From contig CAVXTM010000007.1 in assembly GCA_963764725.1 (NCBI GenBank), positions 1 through 64,000 of the forward strand: DNA of 64,000 nt, written 5' to 3'. The position numbers and the translations under genes are program-made. This document shows, piece after piece, positions 31,274 through 42,835 of the stretch (the first letter of the stretch is position 1; each line of letters starts with the position of its first letter). The notes beneath the pieces are model-generated. The model made no database searches. It was not told the DNA's origin and worked only from the letters and a program-made list of their open reading frames with translations. Origin of the DNA: an uncultured Gammaproteobacteria bacterium. Its GTDB lineage: Bacteria; Pseudomonadota; Gammaproteobacteria; JACCXJ01.

Positions 31274-32365
31274 CTAGGATTTACGGTCAAGCGGGGATGG
31301 ATCGCTGAGCTGGCCCGCCACGCTATGGCCTGCAAGGTGCCGGAAGAAAGCGGAACGCTCGCTCGGAGTTAGCTCCGCGATAGCCGTGACTCGTTGGTAG
31401 AACTTTCGGAAGTCCTGCTTCACATTGTCAAAAAGCCGTTTGAATGCCCGGGTGTGCTCCCGATAGGTAACGATCGAGGAGAGCTTGGCATTGTTTAGGT
31501 CCCGCGCCATCCACGCATCGTAGCCCGAATACCCCCCCCATTGGTCGCGTACCGCTTGGTACCGCTCGCGAAAATCTGTAAAAATGCCTTGTTTCGCGGC
31601 GCGCATCTCCGCTGAAATCAATCGCGATGCGTAGAGGTTTTGCAAGCGCCTCGCCGTATCGAGCACCAGCGCGACGAAAGCATCTTCGTGGCGCTTCGCT
31701 AAATCAAAATCTTTGAGTTTTTCATGCTGTTTGGTTTGCATCAGCCATTGCCGGACGCCTTGCGTGGCCACCGTCGTCGCAAAGGCTTCGTTGAAGGCGC
31801 TATCGCCGGGAACATAAACCGTTTGATGCGCCATTTCATGCAAGATAACCTCGCCGATCCGCGTGTCGCTCCAGCTTAGCATGGTGCTATAGACCGGATC
31901 TCGAAACCAGCCGAGCGTAGAGTAAGCCGTGACCCCGCCCACAAAAACGTCGTTGCCGGCCTTCGATAATCCCGCCGCCGCGCTATGAGCTCGGTTCTCG
32001 GAGAAGTAGCCGTGATAGCTCAAACAGCCTGCGAACGGGAAACACCAGTTCAAGGGGCTGAGTGAAAACTCCGGAGTTGCGAATACGTTCCATGCAACCG
32101 CCCTCCGATCGAGATCCACGAAGGTAAGATAGCTGCCATTGTCAGTGAGGCCGAGCTTGTCGATCGCAAAGCTGCGCAGATCCAGAATCAGCTGCAGTTT
32201 ATGTCTGATTGGCGCGGAGGTTTGCGGTTCGGCGATAACGGAACTGATCGGTTTCCTTTTTAATAGCAGAGCAGCTTGCCCCGTCACCGACTGGACGTAA
32301 TAGCTCAAGTTCGCCCACGGGCAGTACAAAAGGAGCGATAAAACCAAAGGCGTGATCCAGTACAT
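31274..32365 (-). CDS. Putative zinc aminopeptidase (start uncertain, up to 32443)
   Basis: WCFPFAGC, AYSTLGWF.DP, HEMAH, FNEAFA and LNNA motifs. Confidence 0.85.
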   Translation of the reverse strand: MYWITPLVLSLLLYCPWANLSYYVQSVTGQAALLLKRKPISSVIAEPQTSAPIRHKLQLILDLRSFAIDKLGLTDNGSYLTFVDLDRRAVAWNVFATPEFSLSPLNWCFPFAGCLSYHGYFSENRAHSAAAGLSKAGNDVFVGGVTAYSTLGWFRDPVYSTMLSWSDTRIGEVILHEMAHQTVYVPGDSAFNEAFATTVATQGVRQWLMQTKQHEKLKDFDLAKRHEDAFVALVLDTARRLQNLYASRLISAEMRAAKQGIFTDFRERYQAVRDQWGGYSGYDAWMARDLNNAKLSSIVTYREHTRAFKRLFDNVKQDFRKFYQRVTAIAELTPSERSAFFRHLAGHSVAGQLSDPSPLDRKS

Positions 32366-32787
32366 GGCCCCTGCACGCACGTCAGCACATTCTGCTACCA
32401 ACCGTTGTATCATCGCATTCCTTCTCGTAAAACTTCGCTGCAATCGCAGGGAAACATACCCGTTCTATGGCGATTCCCGCGAGCCCGGAGCCCGGCGTAA
32501 CAAATTAGCCGAAGATTCAGTATGCCAAGACCATGCCGAAATAAAAAGTTCGGCAGTGGAATTTTTTAGATCAGGGTAGCGATAGTAGAGTGCGGGACAC
32601 GCGTTTGGATTATGATCCCGTAAGACTGCTGGCGTAAAGTCATAGGTCGTAAGCTTCGAGGCAGACGACGCACGGCCTGTTGGGTGCAGGACGGTTATAA
32701 TAAAGTCAGCAAGGAATGCGGCATCGCTTACCGGTATAAGCTATGTTATCCGAGTTACACGCAATAATTTTTTAGTCAGGGATCGTT

Positions 32788-34620
<1,833 letters not shown>

Positions 34621-34630
34621 GAGCGGTAGG

Positions 34631-36007
34631 GTGGCCGAGCCGACGAAGTCTATGCAATATCGCGTTCTTCTCGTAGACGACGATCGGGACATGATCTCGC
34701 TGCTGTCCTCGTGGCTGAAGGATGCGGGTTTCGAGGTCGATCCCGTGCTGTCCGGAAGCGAGGCGATGGCTCGCATCGACGTTATTCGTCCTCACCTGGT
34801 GATCACCGATCTCGTGATGCAGGGTATGGATGGCATGACCTTGCTGTCCAAGATCCACCGCCAGGACCCGCTGATGCCGGTGATCATGCTGAGCGGCAAG
34901 GCGCAAATCGCCGATGCCGTTAAAGCCATGCACCTCGGGATCGCGGAGTTTCTAATCAAACCTATCGCCAAGGAAGAGCTCGTGGCCCGCGTACGGTATA
35001 CGCTAAGGCTCGCGGCTGGCGAATCGGACTCCGGATCGAATTTCGGCAAGGAAATAATATATCGCAGCGAGAAGATCAGCCAGCTCCTGGAACAAGCGAA
35101 GCTCCTCGCCGCGACCGACGTCACGATCTTGATCACCGGCGCCACGGGCACCGGCAAGGAAGCGCTGGCCAAGGCCATTCACGAGGGCGGTGCGCGCAAG
35201 GATCAGCCCTTTGTCGCGATCAACTGTGCCGCTATTCCCGAACAACTTCTCGAGTCGGAGTTATTTGGACACGAGAAGGGTGCGTTTACGGGCGCGCAAA
35301 CGAAACATGAGGGGCTCTTCCAAGCGGCAAACAAAGGCACGATGTTTCTGGACGAAGTCGGCGACATGCCTTTGGGCTTACAAGTGAAGCTGTTGCGCGT
35401 GTTACAGGATTTTGCGGTGCGCCCCGTGGGATCGGTCCGCGGGATCCCCGTCAACGTTCGCGTGATCTCCGCGACCAACACGGATCTGGAACAAGGGGTC
35501 AAGTCCAGCCGGTTTCGGGAGGACCTGTATTACCGGCTGAACGTGGTGCCGCTACACCTACCCCCCTTAGCAGAACGCCGCGAAGACATTCAGCCGCTCT
35601 TAAATCACTTCTTGAAACGTTTAAGCCAGCGCGACAATAAGAAACGGAAGCGCTTTGCACCGGAGGCGGTTGAATATTTAGCCTCGGCTCCGTGGCCCGG
35701 AAACATTCGGCAACTCATAAATGTCGTTGAATTATGCTGCGCCCTCACGAATACCGATATTATCCCGCTGGCCATGGCGCAAAGGGCGCTGCGGGACCAG
35801 CCCGCTCATGTTCAGACGTTAAAGGACGCCAAAGAGGATTTCGAGCGCAGTTATCTCGTGAGCGTCTTGCGGGTCACGAACGGCCACGTTTCTCACGCGG
35901 CGCGGCTCGCCGGACGCAATCGAACGGAATTCTACAAGCTGCTTAAACAACATCATATCGAACCGGAAGAGTTTAGAACTTCGCGGCAAGCCTCAGAGGA
36001 AGATTAG
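34631..36007 (+). CDS. glrR: Sigma-54-dependent response regulator, GlrR/QseF-like
   Basis: REC domain, GATGTGKE, GAFTGA, FLDEVG and the GlrR-type tail AGRNRTEFYKLL. Confidence 0.8.
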   Translation: MAEPTKSMQYRVLLVDDDRDMISLLSSWLKDAGFEVDPVLSGSEAMARIDVIRPHLVITDLVMQGMDGMTLLSKIHRQDPLMPVIMLSGKAQIADAVKAMHLGIAEFLIKPIAKEELVARVRYTLRLAAGESDSGSNFGKEIIYRSEKISQLLEQAKLLAATDVTILITGATGTGKEALAKAIHEGGARKDQPFVAINCAAIPEQLLESELFGHEKGAFTGAQTKHEGLFQAANKGTMFLDEVGDMPLGLQVKLLRVLQDFAVRPVGSVRGIPVNVRVISATNTDLEQGVKSSRFREDLYYRLNVVPLHLPPLAERREDIQPLLNHFLKRLSQRDNKKRKRFAPEAVEYLASAPWPGNIRQLINVVELCCALTNTDIIPLAMAQRALRDQPAHVQTLKDAKEDFERSYLVSVLRVTNGHVSHAARLAGRNRTEFYKLLKQHHIEPEEFRTSRQASEED

Positions 36008-36035
36008 GGTTCAGATCTTGCGATAAATAATACCC

Positions 36036-36335
36036 ATGGCAATCAGAATTGTTCGCGTAGACCCGGAGCTGAAAGATCTTATTCCGGGCTTTTTGAATAA
36101 TAGGCGGCAGGATGCATTGACGATTCGCGCAGCCTTAGCGCAAGAGGATATGGAAACGGTGCAGATCTTGGGTCATAGCATTAGAGGTTGCGCGGGCGGG
36201 TATGGTTTCAATGCCCTGAGTGAGCTTGGCGGGATTTTAGAACGAGGCGCGCAGAACCGGGACAGCGAAGCAATAACGAACGCCGTGGACGAGTTGCAGG
36301 CCTACCTGGAACAGATCGAGATTATCTACGACTAA
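36036..36335 (+). CDS. Stand-alone Hpt phosphotransfer protein
   Basis: GHSIRGCAGGYG Hpt motif; 99 aa helical protein. Confidence 0.88.
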   Translation: MAIRIVRVDPELKDLIPGFLNNRRQDALTIRAALAQEDMETVQILGHSIRGCAGGYGFNALSELGGILERGAQNRDSEAITNAVDELQAYLEQIEIIYD

Positions 36336-36344
36336 TCCCGTAGA

Positions 36345-39008
36345 GTGGGGCGTTACCGCGTGAAAGAGGTACGGCACCCGTCGCGGCCGTTGATATATAC
36401 CGTAAGCGCGATCTTCGGCGCGGCGTTTTCTTTACTGCTGGTGATGTTAGCGTGGCAGAATGCGCTCGAGGCCGAAAGAAAGGAATTTGCCTTTGACTCG
36501 ATACTGCTAAGGGATACAGTCAAACTGAGCGCTTCGGTCGCTCATAACTCTCTTGACAATCTCGCCGCGCTTGTGGAGGGGCTGGACGCCTCTGTGATAG
36601 CCACATTACCCGCCTTTCTTAAGTCGCTGCTCGCGCGTCATCCATTCATCGAATCAATTTCTTTTCATAGGAGCGGCGTTCCACTAAATCACCTCTCGAA
36701 AGATATGGCGTTGAGACCGGATGCGGTCGGGGATCCTTCGCCCGCGGGCCCCGCTATCTTGTGGGGTAGCGGCGGCGACTTATACATTGGTCGAAGCCCC
36801 GTGAAGGAAGCGCTCTACAACGATCAGATTCTCTCTGACCCGCGTTTTGCGGATGCCCTGCGCGCGGCGGTCGACACCGGTATGGTGGTCCCCGGCCCTC
36901 CGGCTTCGGCCACTGAGGGTATTCGTCCCTATACGCTCATCAAAGCGATCGGCACCGGTCCGGCGCAGGACGCCGGCGTGAACCAACGATCGAATTCGGT
37001 GCCCACCGCATTTGTGGCTATCCTCTTGAATCCCGGCCATTTATTCAGCGAGTCCTTATTACGGGGCGATGTTTCGGTAAGATTGTATACGGAATCTCAG
37101 GGGGTCACGGGACGGCAACTCGTATTCCTGCAGCGCGCCGCCGTGGCGCCGGAAAACGCGAATTTTTCCATCAGCGCGTTCAAGCAAGAAACGCTTGCGC
37201 AGTTTCCCTATTATTCGATGAAGCTGGTCGTGGAAAGGCAGGTGCTTTGGAGGGAGATCGACAAGGGATTGATCGCTACCGCCATCGTCCTGGGAATCGG
37301 TGTGACGACATTAATCGTAGCCCTCGCCCGGGCGAGGGAAATACAGGCGTGGGAATTAAGCCGGCGGAATCAGGAAATCGAGCAGCAGGTCAGCTTGCAA
37401 ACCAAAGAGCTTGCCGTTACCCGTGATGCGGCCATCAAGGCATCCACGGTGAAAACCGAGTTTCTGGCAAGCATGAGCCATGAGATCCGGACGCCGCTGA
37501 ACGCGATTGTAGGCATGGGCGAGTTGCTCCGCGAAACGCCGCTGACGCGCGTGCAAAAACGCTACGTCGGTGTCTTCAAAAAGGCCGGAGAAGCACTGCT
37601 GGCGCTGGTAAATGACATACTGGACCTCTCGAAGATCGAAGCCGAGCAGTTGGTTCTCGAGAAAATCCCATTCAATTTACGAACTTTAATCGAAGAAACA
37701 GCCGATATTCACGCGTTGAGAGCCGACGAGAAGAATGTCGAGTTGCTCTGTCACATCGGCACGGATGTCCCGACCCATGTAAGGGGCGACGCGGCGCGGC
37801 TTCGCCAGATCCTGTTAAACCTTGTCGGGAATGCGATCAAATTCACCCATAAGGGCGAGGTAGTAGTCAAGGTCTCGTCCAATCCCGACATAAGCGATCC
37901 CTGTCGGCTTTTGTTCTCGATAGAGGATACCGGGATCGGTATTCCCGCGGATAAAATCGCCACCATCTTCGATAGCTTTTCCCAAGCTGATTCATCCACG
38001 ACCCGACATTACGGAGGAACGGGGCTCGGCCTCACGATTTCCAAGCGCTTGGTGGAGCTAATGGGTGGGTGGATACGTGCGGAGAGTGTCGAAGGGAAAG
38101 GTAGCGTTTTATCATTCGCGATCAGTCTGGGATCCGCCCCGGAACCTCAGGCTCGAATAGCTACGGATGTATCCTTTAATCTTAAGGACGTTCGGGTGCT
38201 CATCATCGATGATAATTCGACTAATCGACTGATCTTGCGCGAAGTACTGAGCGCTCAAGGCGCATTGGTGAGCGAGGCCCGCGGTGGCGCGGAGGGCATC
38301 CAGGTATTCCGGGAGGCGAGGCGCATGGGACAAGATTACGCTGTCGTCATTACCGATTGTCACATGCCGGAGGTCGATGGTTTTGCGGTGGTTGAGGCGT
38401 TGCGTACCGCGGGTGGATCGTGCAAAACGATACTAATGGTATCCTCGTCGCAACTTTCCAGTGATATGAGCACAGCCCGTGCGCTCGGGATCGGCGCCTA
38501 CTTGATCAAGCCGGTAAAGTCCGTGGAGCTGATCAAAGCGATCAACGTCGCCATGCTAAAAACCTTAGACGAAACGCAAGACCACATCGTCACGACGCCG
38601 CTACCCGAACGGCGCGCGGAAAATTTACCTATCTTATTGGTCGAAGACACGCCCGATAACCGGCTGCTGATCAAAGCTTATCTGCGGAAAACGCCTTACA
38701 CAATCGAGGAGGCCGAAAATGGGAGCGTGGCGCTGCAGAAGTTCAAGACCCACGCCTATGGTCTGGTATTGATGGATATCCAGATGCCGGTGATGGACGG
38801 CCACCAGGCAACGCGCGCCATGCGCGAATGGGAAACGGAACAGGGCCGCGATCCGACCCCGATTATCGCCCTGACGGCTCATGCCGTAAAGCAGGAAATG
38901 GATAAGAGTGTCGCCGCAGGATGCACGGAGCATTTAATCAAACCGATTAAGAAGGAAACGTTGTTGCAAATTGTCCAGAAATATTTGCCGGTGTCACCAG
39001 CGAGCTAG
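36345..39008 (+). CDS. Hybrid sensor histidine kinase (periplasmic sensor, HisKA/HATPase, two REC domains)
   Basis: MSHEIRTPLN, NLVGNAIKFT, DTGIGI and GGTGLGL boxes; two receivers (ITDCHMP, LMDIQMP). Confidence 0.95.
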   Translation: MGRYRVKEVRHPSRPLIYTVSAIFGAAFSLLLVMLAWQNALEAERKEFAFDSILLRDTVKLSASVAHNSLDNLAALVEGLDASVIATLPAFLKSLLARHPFIESISFHRSGVPLNHLSKDMALRPDAVGDPSPAGPAILWGSGGDLYIGRSPVKEALYNDQILSDPRFADALRAAVDTGMVVPGPPASATEGIRPYTLIKAIGTGPAQDAGVNQRSNSVPTAFVAILLNPGHLFSESLLRGDVSVRLYTESQGVTGRQLVFLQRAAVAPENANFSISAFKQETLAQFPYYSMKLVVERQVLWREIDKGLIATAIVLGIGVTTLIVALARAREIQAWELSRRNQEIEQQVSLQTKELAVTRDAAIKASTVKTEFLASMSHEIRTPLNAIVGMGELLRETPLTRVQKRYVGVFKKAGEALLALVNDILDLSKIEAEQLVLEKIPFNLRTLIEETADIHALRADEKNVELLCHIGTDVPTHVRGDAARLRQILLNLVGNAIKFTHKGEVVVKVSSNPDISDPCRLLFSIEDTGIGIPADKIATIFDSFSQADSSTTRHYGGTGLGLTISKRLVELMGGWIRAESVEGKGSVLSFAISLGSAPEPQARIATDVSFNLKDVRVLIIDDNSTNRLILREVLSAQGALVSEARGGAEGIQVFREARRMGQDYAVVITDCHMPEVDGFAVVEALRTAGGSCKTILMVSSSQLSSDMSTARALGIGAYLIKPVKSVELIKAINVAMLKTLDETQDHIVTTPLPERRAENLPILLVEDTPDNRLLIKAYLRKTPYTIEEAENGSVALQKFKTHAYGLVLMDIQMPVMDGHQATRAMREWETEQGRDPTPIIALTAHAVKQEMDKSVAAGCTEHLIKPIKKETLLQIVQKYLPVSPAS

Positions 39009-39023
39009 AACCCGCGGGTATCG

Positions 39024-39647
39024 TTAAGAAACATTCTGCGCCGCGACCATGAAATAAAGCATAGGGATCGAAAACATAGTATTGAAGCGGCTCGCCAACA
39101 TCGCCGTGCGCGCTGCCGCTTTTTTCTCCTCGTCGGACGCCTCGACCATGCCCAGGACCTTTTGCTGGTTAGGCCAGATGATCATCCACACATTGTAGGC
39201 CATGATGAGGCCCATCCACATGCCGATCCCGATGTAGGTGTCCCGGCCACCGGTGCCGATGCCGAGGATAAGGGCGTTCACGATATAACCGTTCATGATC
39301 GCTACCAGGAGCCCGGTCACGACCGTCGACAACGCGGCCCACCGGAACCAGAACAACGCGGTTGGCGCGATGACCTTGCTGATGGCGGGTTTGTGCTCAT
39401 CGGGGATCTTGGGCATGGACGGGATCTGCACGAAATTGAAGTACCACAGGAGCCCGATCCACATCACGCCGGAGACCACATGCAGCCACCGGAACAAGAA
39501 AGCAAACCAGAGCTGCGACGTCTCGACGGCGCCGACAGCGAGGGCTAAAACCGTGACCAGGACGGCCCCAAAGATAAGCGCTCGTTCGAGTTTATCTAAA
39601 CCGACTTTGGCCAGCGTATCGAAGATTTTTACCATAATAGCGTTCAT
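39024..39647 (-). CDS. Urate hydroxylase PuuD-family membrane protein (no cytochrome c domain)
   Basis: RWLHV..GVMWIGLLWYFN, FRWAA, NVWMIIWPNQ and SRFNT motifs. Confidence 0.85.
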   Translation of the reverse strand: MNAIMVKIFDTLAKVGLDKLERALIFGAVLVTVLALAVGAVETSQLWFAFLFRWLHVVSGVMWIGLLWYFNFVQIPSMPKIPDEHKPAISKVIAPTALFWFRWAALSTVVTGLLVAIMNGYIVNALILGIGTGGRDTYIGIGMWMGLIMAYNVWMIIWPNQQKVLGMVEASDEEKKAAARTAMLASRFNTMFSIPMLYFMVAAQNVS

Positions 39648-39929
39648 GACTCAGACTCCCCTTTTATTCTTCCAAACCCACGGATCCACACTACGTCAAG
39701 AAGGAGCGGATATCAATAACGATCTATGCCCCGAGAAAATCCAGTGTGAGCTTATGAGTAAATCTATCCAAACATATTTGAAATGTCGGGTACACCTCCG
39801 AAGTCCCTCTCCTTCCCCGACAGGCACCGACTTGTGCAAGCCGCGCATGGTTTACAAAATAGACCGGGGCGCATGGTTTAGCAAATTCTTCTCCCTGTCC
39901 GTGCCATTGGCTGGGAGGGTCGATTGTTG

Positions 39930-40890
39930 CGCTGGTTTCGCTCATTGAGTACATCGCCAGAAGATGAAAGCTATAGCGTACTTCGCCACAGGAACTCGTG
40001 CAATCATGGTGCATGCCGATCGGTTCCTCGGCCAGCAATGTCTGAGACATAGAGCAGATGGCCTTTCCACTTGATTTCGCCATTATGTCGCACGGCCTTC
40101 GAGACCGGTCGACCTGCGAGTCGCGGCATACGCCACTGGCGGCAGCTTGCGTGGGATAACTCCTGGGCGAGGCCGTGTACCGTTCGACGAGGTGTTCGCC
40201 GTGCCGAGCGCTTCATGGCTACGCTCTGCGTTGTACTCGCTGACAAACGCGTTAAAGCGTTGCTGCTGGGCTTCGAGCGTCGCTGCAGGAGGCGCCACCG
40301 CGGCTTCTTTCAACGTGCCGATGCATGCGCTCATGTCGGCCATTAACGCGATCCGGCCGGCCAGGTTCCAATGCGCTCAGGGACGGATACCCAGCCGAGA
40401 TGCGCACCAGGCCGACAGCCGACTCAACCCACCCACGCGCCAGCGAGGCAAAGGGGGCGCCGTTGTGCGGTCCGTATAGCTTCCGGGGCAATCCGTACTC
40501 GCGCGAAACGACCCATTCGAGACCAAGGCTGGACCTCGGCCCACGTCGGTCGTGCCAGACGCTCGGCACTGCAAGAGGTAACGGCTGAAGTTGTCCGTCA
40601 TCGTCAGCGGGTAACAAGCGCGACGGCCGATCGCCCAGGCACAGAAATCGCCTTTGAAGTCCGCGGCTCGCAAAGGAGCATTGGCGCCGTCGCAGTCGGA
40701 GCAAGCGGCTCGCTGTGAGGCGCCACCCGCCGACGGCGGCGGACGCGGACCCACCAGACGCCGCCCGCTTCAGAATCTCACCCGCCGTGCTGTCGGCGGG
40801 CGCAAGCCACCGCGGGATCTGATCACGGCGCAACCCATCCATCACCTTCTTCGGCCCAAAACGTTGATGCCGCAGTTTGTACTGAGGGAG
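39930..40890 (-). pseudogene. Degraded IS481-family transposase
   Basis: FGPKK, ADFKG, CYPLTMTDNFSRYLL, EYGLP, NGAPFAS, NGRHERMHR, YNAERSHEAL and IKWKG are scattered over several frames; no HTH N-terminus. Confidence 0.85.
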
Positions 40891-41025
40891 AAGGGATTTC
40901 CAGATTTGTCGAAATCGGGCTGTGTAACATTGGCTGAGTGAAAATCTACTGCACATCCAGCAGCATTTGAGTGTCACGGGCATCGCTAGCGCATGATCGA
41001 ACGCCCCGCGTATACACTATAATCC

Positions 41026-41691
41026 ATGGACCCGATGGACCAAGGCATACGCTACCCGCCGAACCGGGTTCGTGACGCCTTGCATCGCGTGCTGTTCGGT
41101 CTCGTCGCGGCGCCGGGTCCCAGCTTTCAGGACTGGGTCTTACGCCATTTCTTCGAGCGTCTCTACCGGCGACCCAACCCCTGGTCTTACGAGGGTTCAG
41201 CGTATCAAAACCACAAATGCGGCCAGGCGCTCGCGCGGATCCCGCAGAACGCTTACGGGCGGGTGTTAGAGGTCGGGTGCGGGGAAGGGGCGTTCTCCGA
41301 GCGACTCCTCGCGGAGCGCGACGTGCGTGAGTTTATCGGCGTGGACATCTCCACGCGCGCGATCGACCGGGCAAAGAGCCGCTGTTCCCGGTACGAAAAC
41401 GCGCGCTTCCACGCGGACAACATCTTCTCGGCGCGTCTCCCGGCTAGGTTTGACCTGATCGTCGTCTGCGAGGTCCTCTACTACCTCGGCGGATCGGCGC
41501 CGGATCTCGCGGCGTTGCTCATCCCGATGCTGTCTCCCCGCGGCCGCTTGCTCTTGGTGCATCTTTGGCCCGAGGCCGAACAGTTGCACCGCGCTTTCCT
41601 TGCGAGTGGCGATCTGAGCGTGCTCGATGAGCTCGTCGATCGGCACAGCGTGCGGCCGTTCTGTGCTTCTCTACTGGGGAGGAACCCTTGA
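41026..41691 (+). CDS. Class I SAM methyltransferase, NodS-like
   Basis: LY..PNPW.Y..S.Y, LEVGCGEG, GVDIS and FDLIVVCEVLYYL motifs. Confidence 0.8.
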   Translation: MDPMDQGIRYPPNRVRDALHRVLFGLVAAPGPSFQDWVLRHFFERLYRRPNPWSYEGSAYQNHKCGQALARIPQNAYGRVLEVGCGEGAFSERLLAERDVREFIGVDISTRAIDRAKSRCSRYENARFHADNIFSARLPARFDLIVVCEVLYYLGGSAPDLAALLIPMLSPRGRLLLVHLWPEAEQLHRAFLASGDLSVLDELVDRHSVRPFCASLLGRNP

Positions 41692-41694
41692 AAT

Positions 41695-41812
41695 CTATTT
41701 CCCCGGCCTTGCCGCGGGCACCTTAGCGATGGGGTTTCCAAAGGGGAGAGGCGCACCTCTCCCCTTTGGTCGCCCCAGCAGGTTTATACCCCGTGGTGGC
41801 GAATTTAAGTTT
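41695..41812 (+). repeat. Three-hairpin intergenic repeat, copy A
   Basis: CTTGCCGCGGGCACCTTAGCGATGGGGTTTCCAAAGGGGAGAGGCGCACCTCTCCCCTTTGGTCGCCCC...ATACCCCGTGGTGGCGAA. Confidence 0.9.
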
Positions 41813-41830
41813 ACCCAAGCGCGATCGCGT

Positions 41831-42718
41831 TCAGTTTACCGCCTCCGCGGGCTTCGCCGCGGCGCCTTTCCTGATGGTGGCCACGGTAATGACAAGGATG
41901 CTCAGGAGCATTGCCCCGATACCGATTATTTTGATTGCGGGAAACTCTTCGCCAAACACACCGTAACCGGCCAACAAGGTCACCGGACGTTGGGTAATGA
42001 TCACCAAGGGCACACTGACCGAGACATCACCGTGCGCCAAGGCGATCTGCATGAAGATAAAGCCGATGAGGCTGAATACGACGATGAATAGAACAGGCCA
42101 GAGAGTGATAAACGCGCTGAGACTTTCCCACGACGTGATCGAAAAATAGCCGAGCTGCGAGGCGATCAGATTGGTATTCACCTTGAGAAAGATCTCCACG
42201 TTTCCGAAAGCGATCCCGGCGCAAGTGGCGAAATAGATTTCATGGATCGGGCGTTCGTCCCGCAACGCCCCCGCCACCAGAGCGATGATCGCGATCAATG
42301 ACAGCCCGGTGACGACACCTAGTGGAAATAGGTAGGTTTCGTGGCCTGTCGATGGATCGCTGACAAAAAGCAGGATGGCCGTACCCAAGATCGCAGTGAT
42401 CACACCGATCCATTGCTCCCGGGAGAGAATCTCCTGCAGGAACAGATAACCGAGGATCAAGGTAAAGACATAGGCAAAGTTCAGGAGCGGGTAGACCAGG
42501 GTGATATCCGCCAACGACTGGATCTCGATGATGATCAGGTTGGCAATTGCCCCCGCCAGCCAACCCGCGAGCCAGAACTTGTTGCGGATCGCGGCCCGAG
42601 CCTTTTGTTTCCAGCTCGCGCGCTGCGGCAGCTCACGTTGGAGCGCATACTTGCAAAGCACGGCGCTTGCCCCGTACAGGACGCAACAAAAGATCACGAT
42701 CGCTCCGTATAGAAACAT
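41831..42718 (-). CDS. EamA/DMT-family transporter
   Basis: About ten TM helices in two repeats; LFLQE.LS and VFGEEF motifs. Confidence 0.85.
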   Translation of the reverse strand: MFLYGAIVIFCCVLYGASAVLCKYALQRELPQRASWKQKARAAIRNKFWLAGWLAGAIANLIIIEIQSLADITLVYPLLNFAYVFTLILGYLFLQEILSREQWIGVITAILGTAILLFVSDPSTGHETYLFPLGVVTGLSLIAIIALVAGALRDERPIHEIYFATCAGIAFGNVEIFLKVNTNLIASQLGYFSITSWESLSAFITLWPVLFIVVFSLIGFIFMQIALAHGDVSVSVPLVIITQRPVTLLAGYGVFGEEFPAIKIIGIGAMLLSILVITVATIRKGAAAKPAEAVN

Positions 42719-42835
42719 TTATACTTCCGTTCCTTTGAGTCCGCGCGGACTGCGCAAGTGCTTAGCGGTTCGATGATGACACCAATCCGCGCCGATTGTA
42801 ACCCCGTAGGATAAAATCAGCGCTCAAGTGAGGCT

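Noticed and set aside
32444-32787. Possible glmS ribozyme or sigma-54 promoter upstream of glmS
   Set aside because: No match to the ribozyme core and no correctly spaced GG-N10-GC element with a convincing consensus
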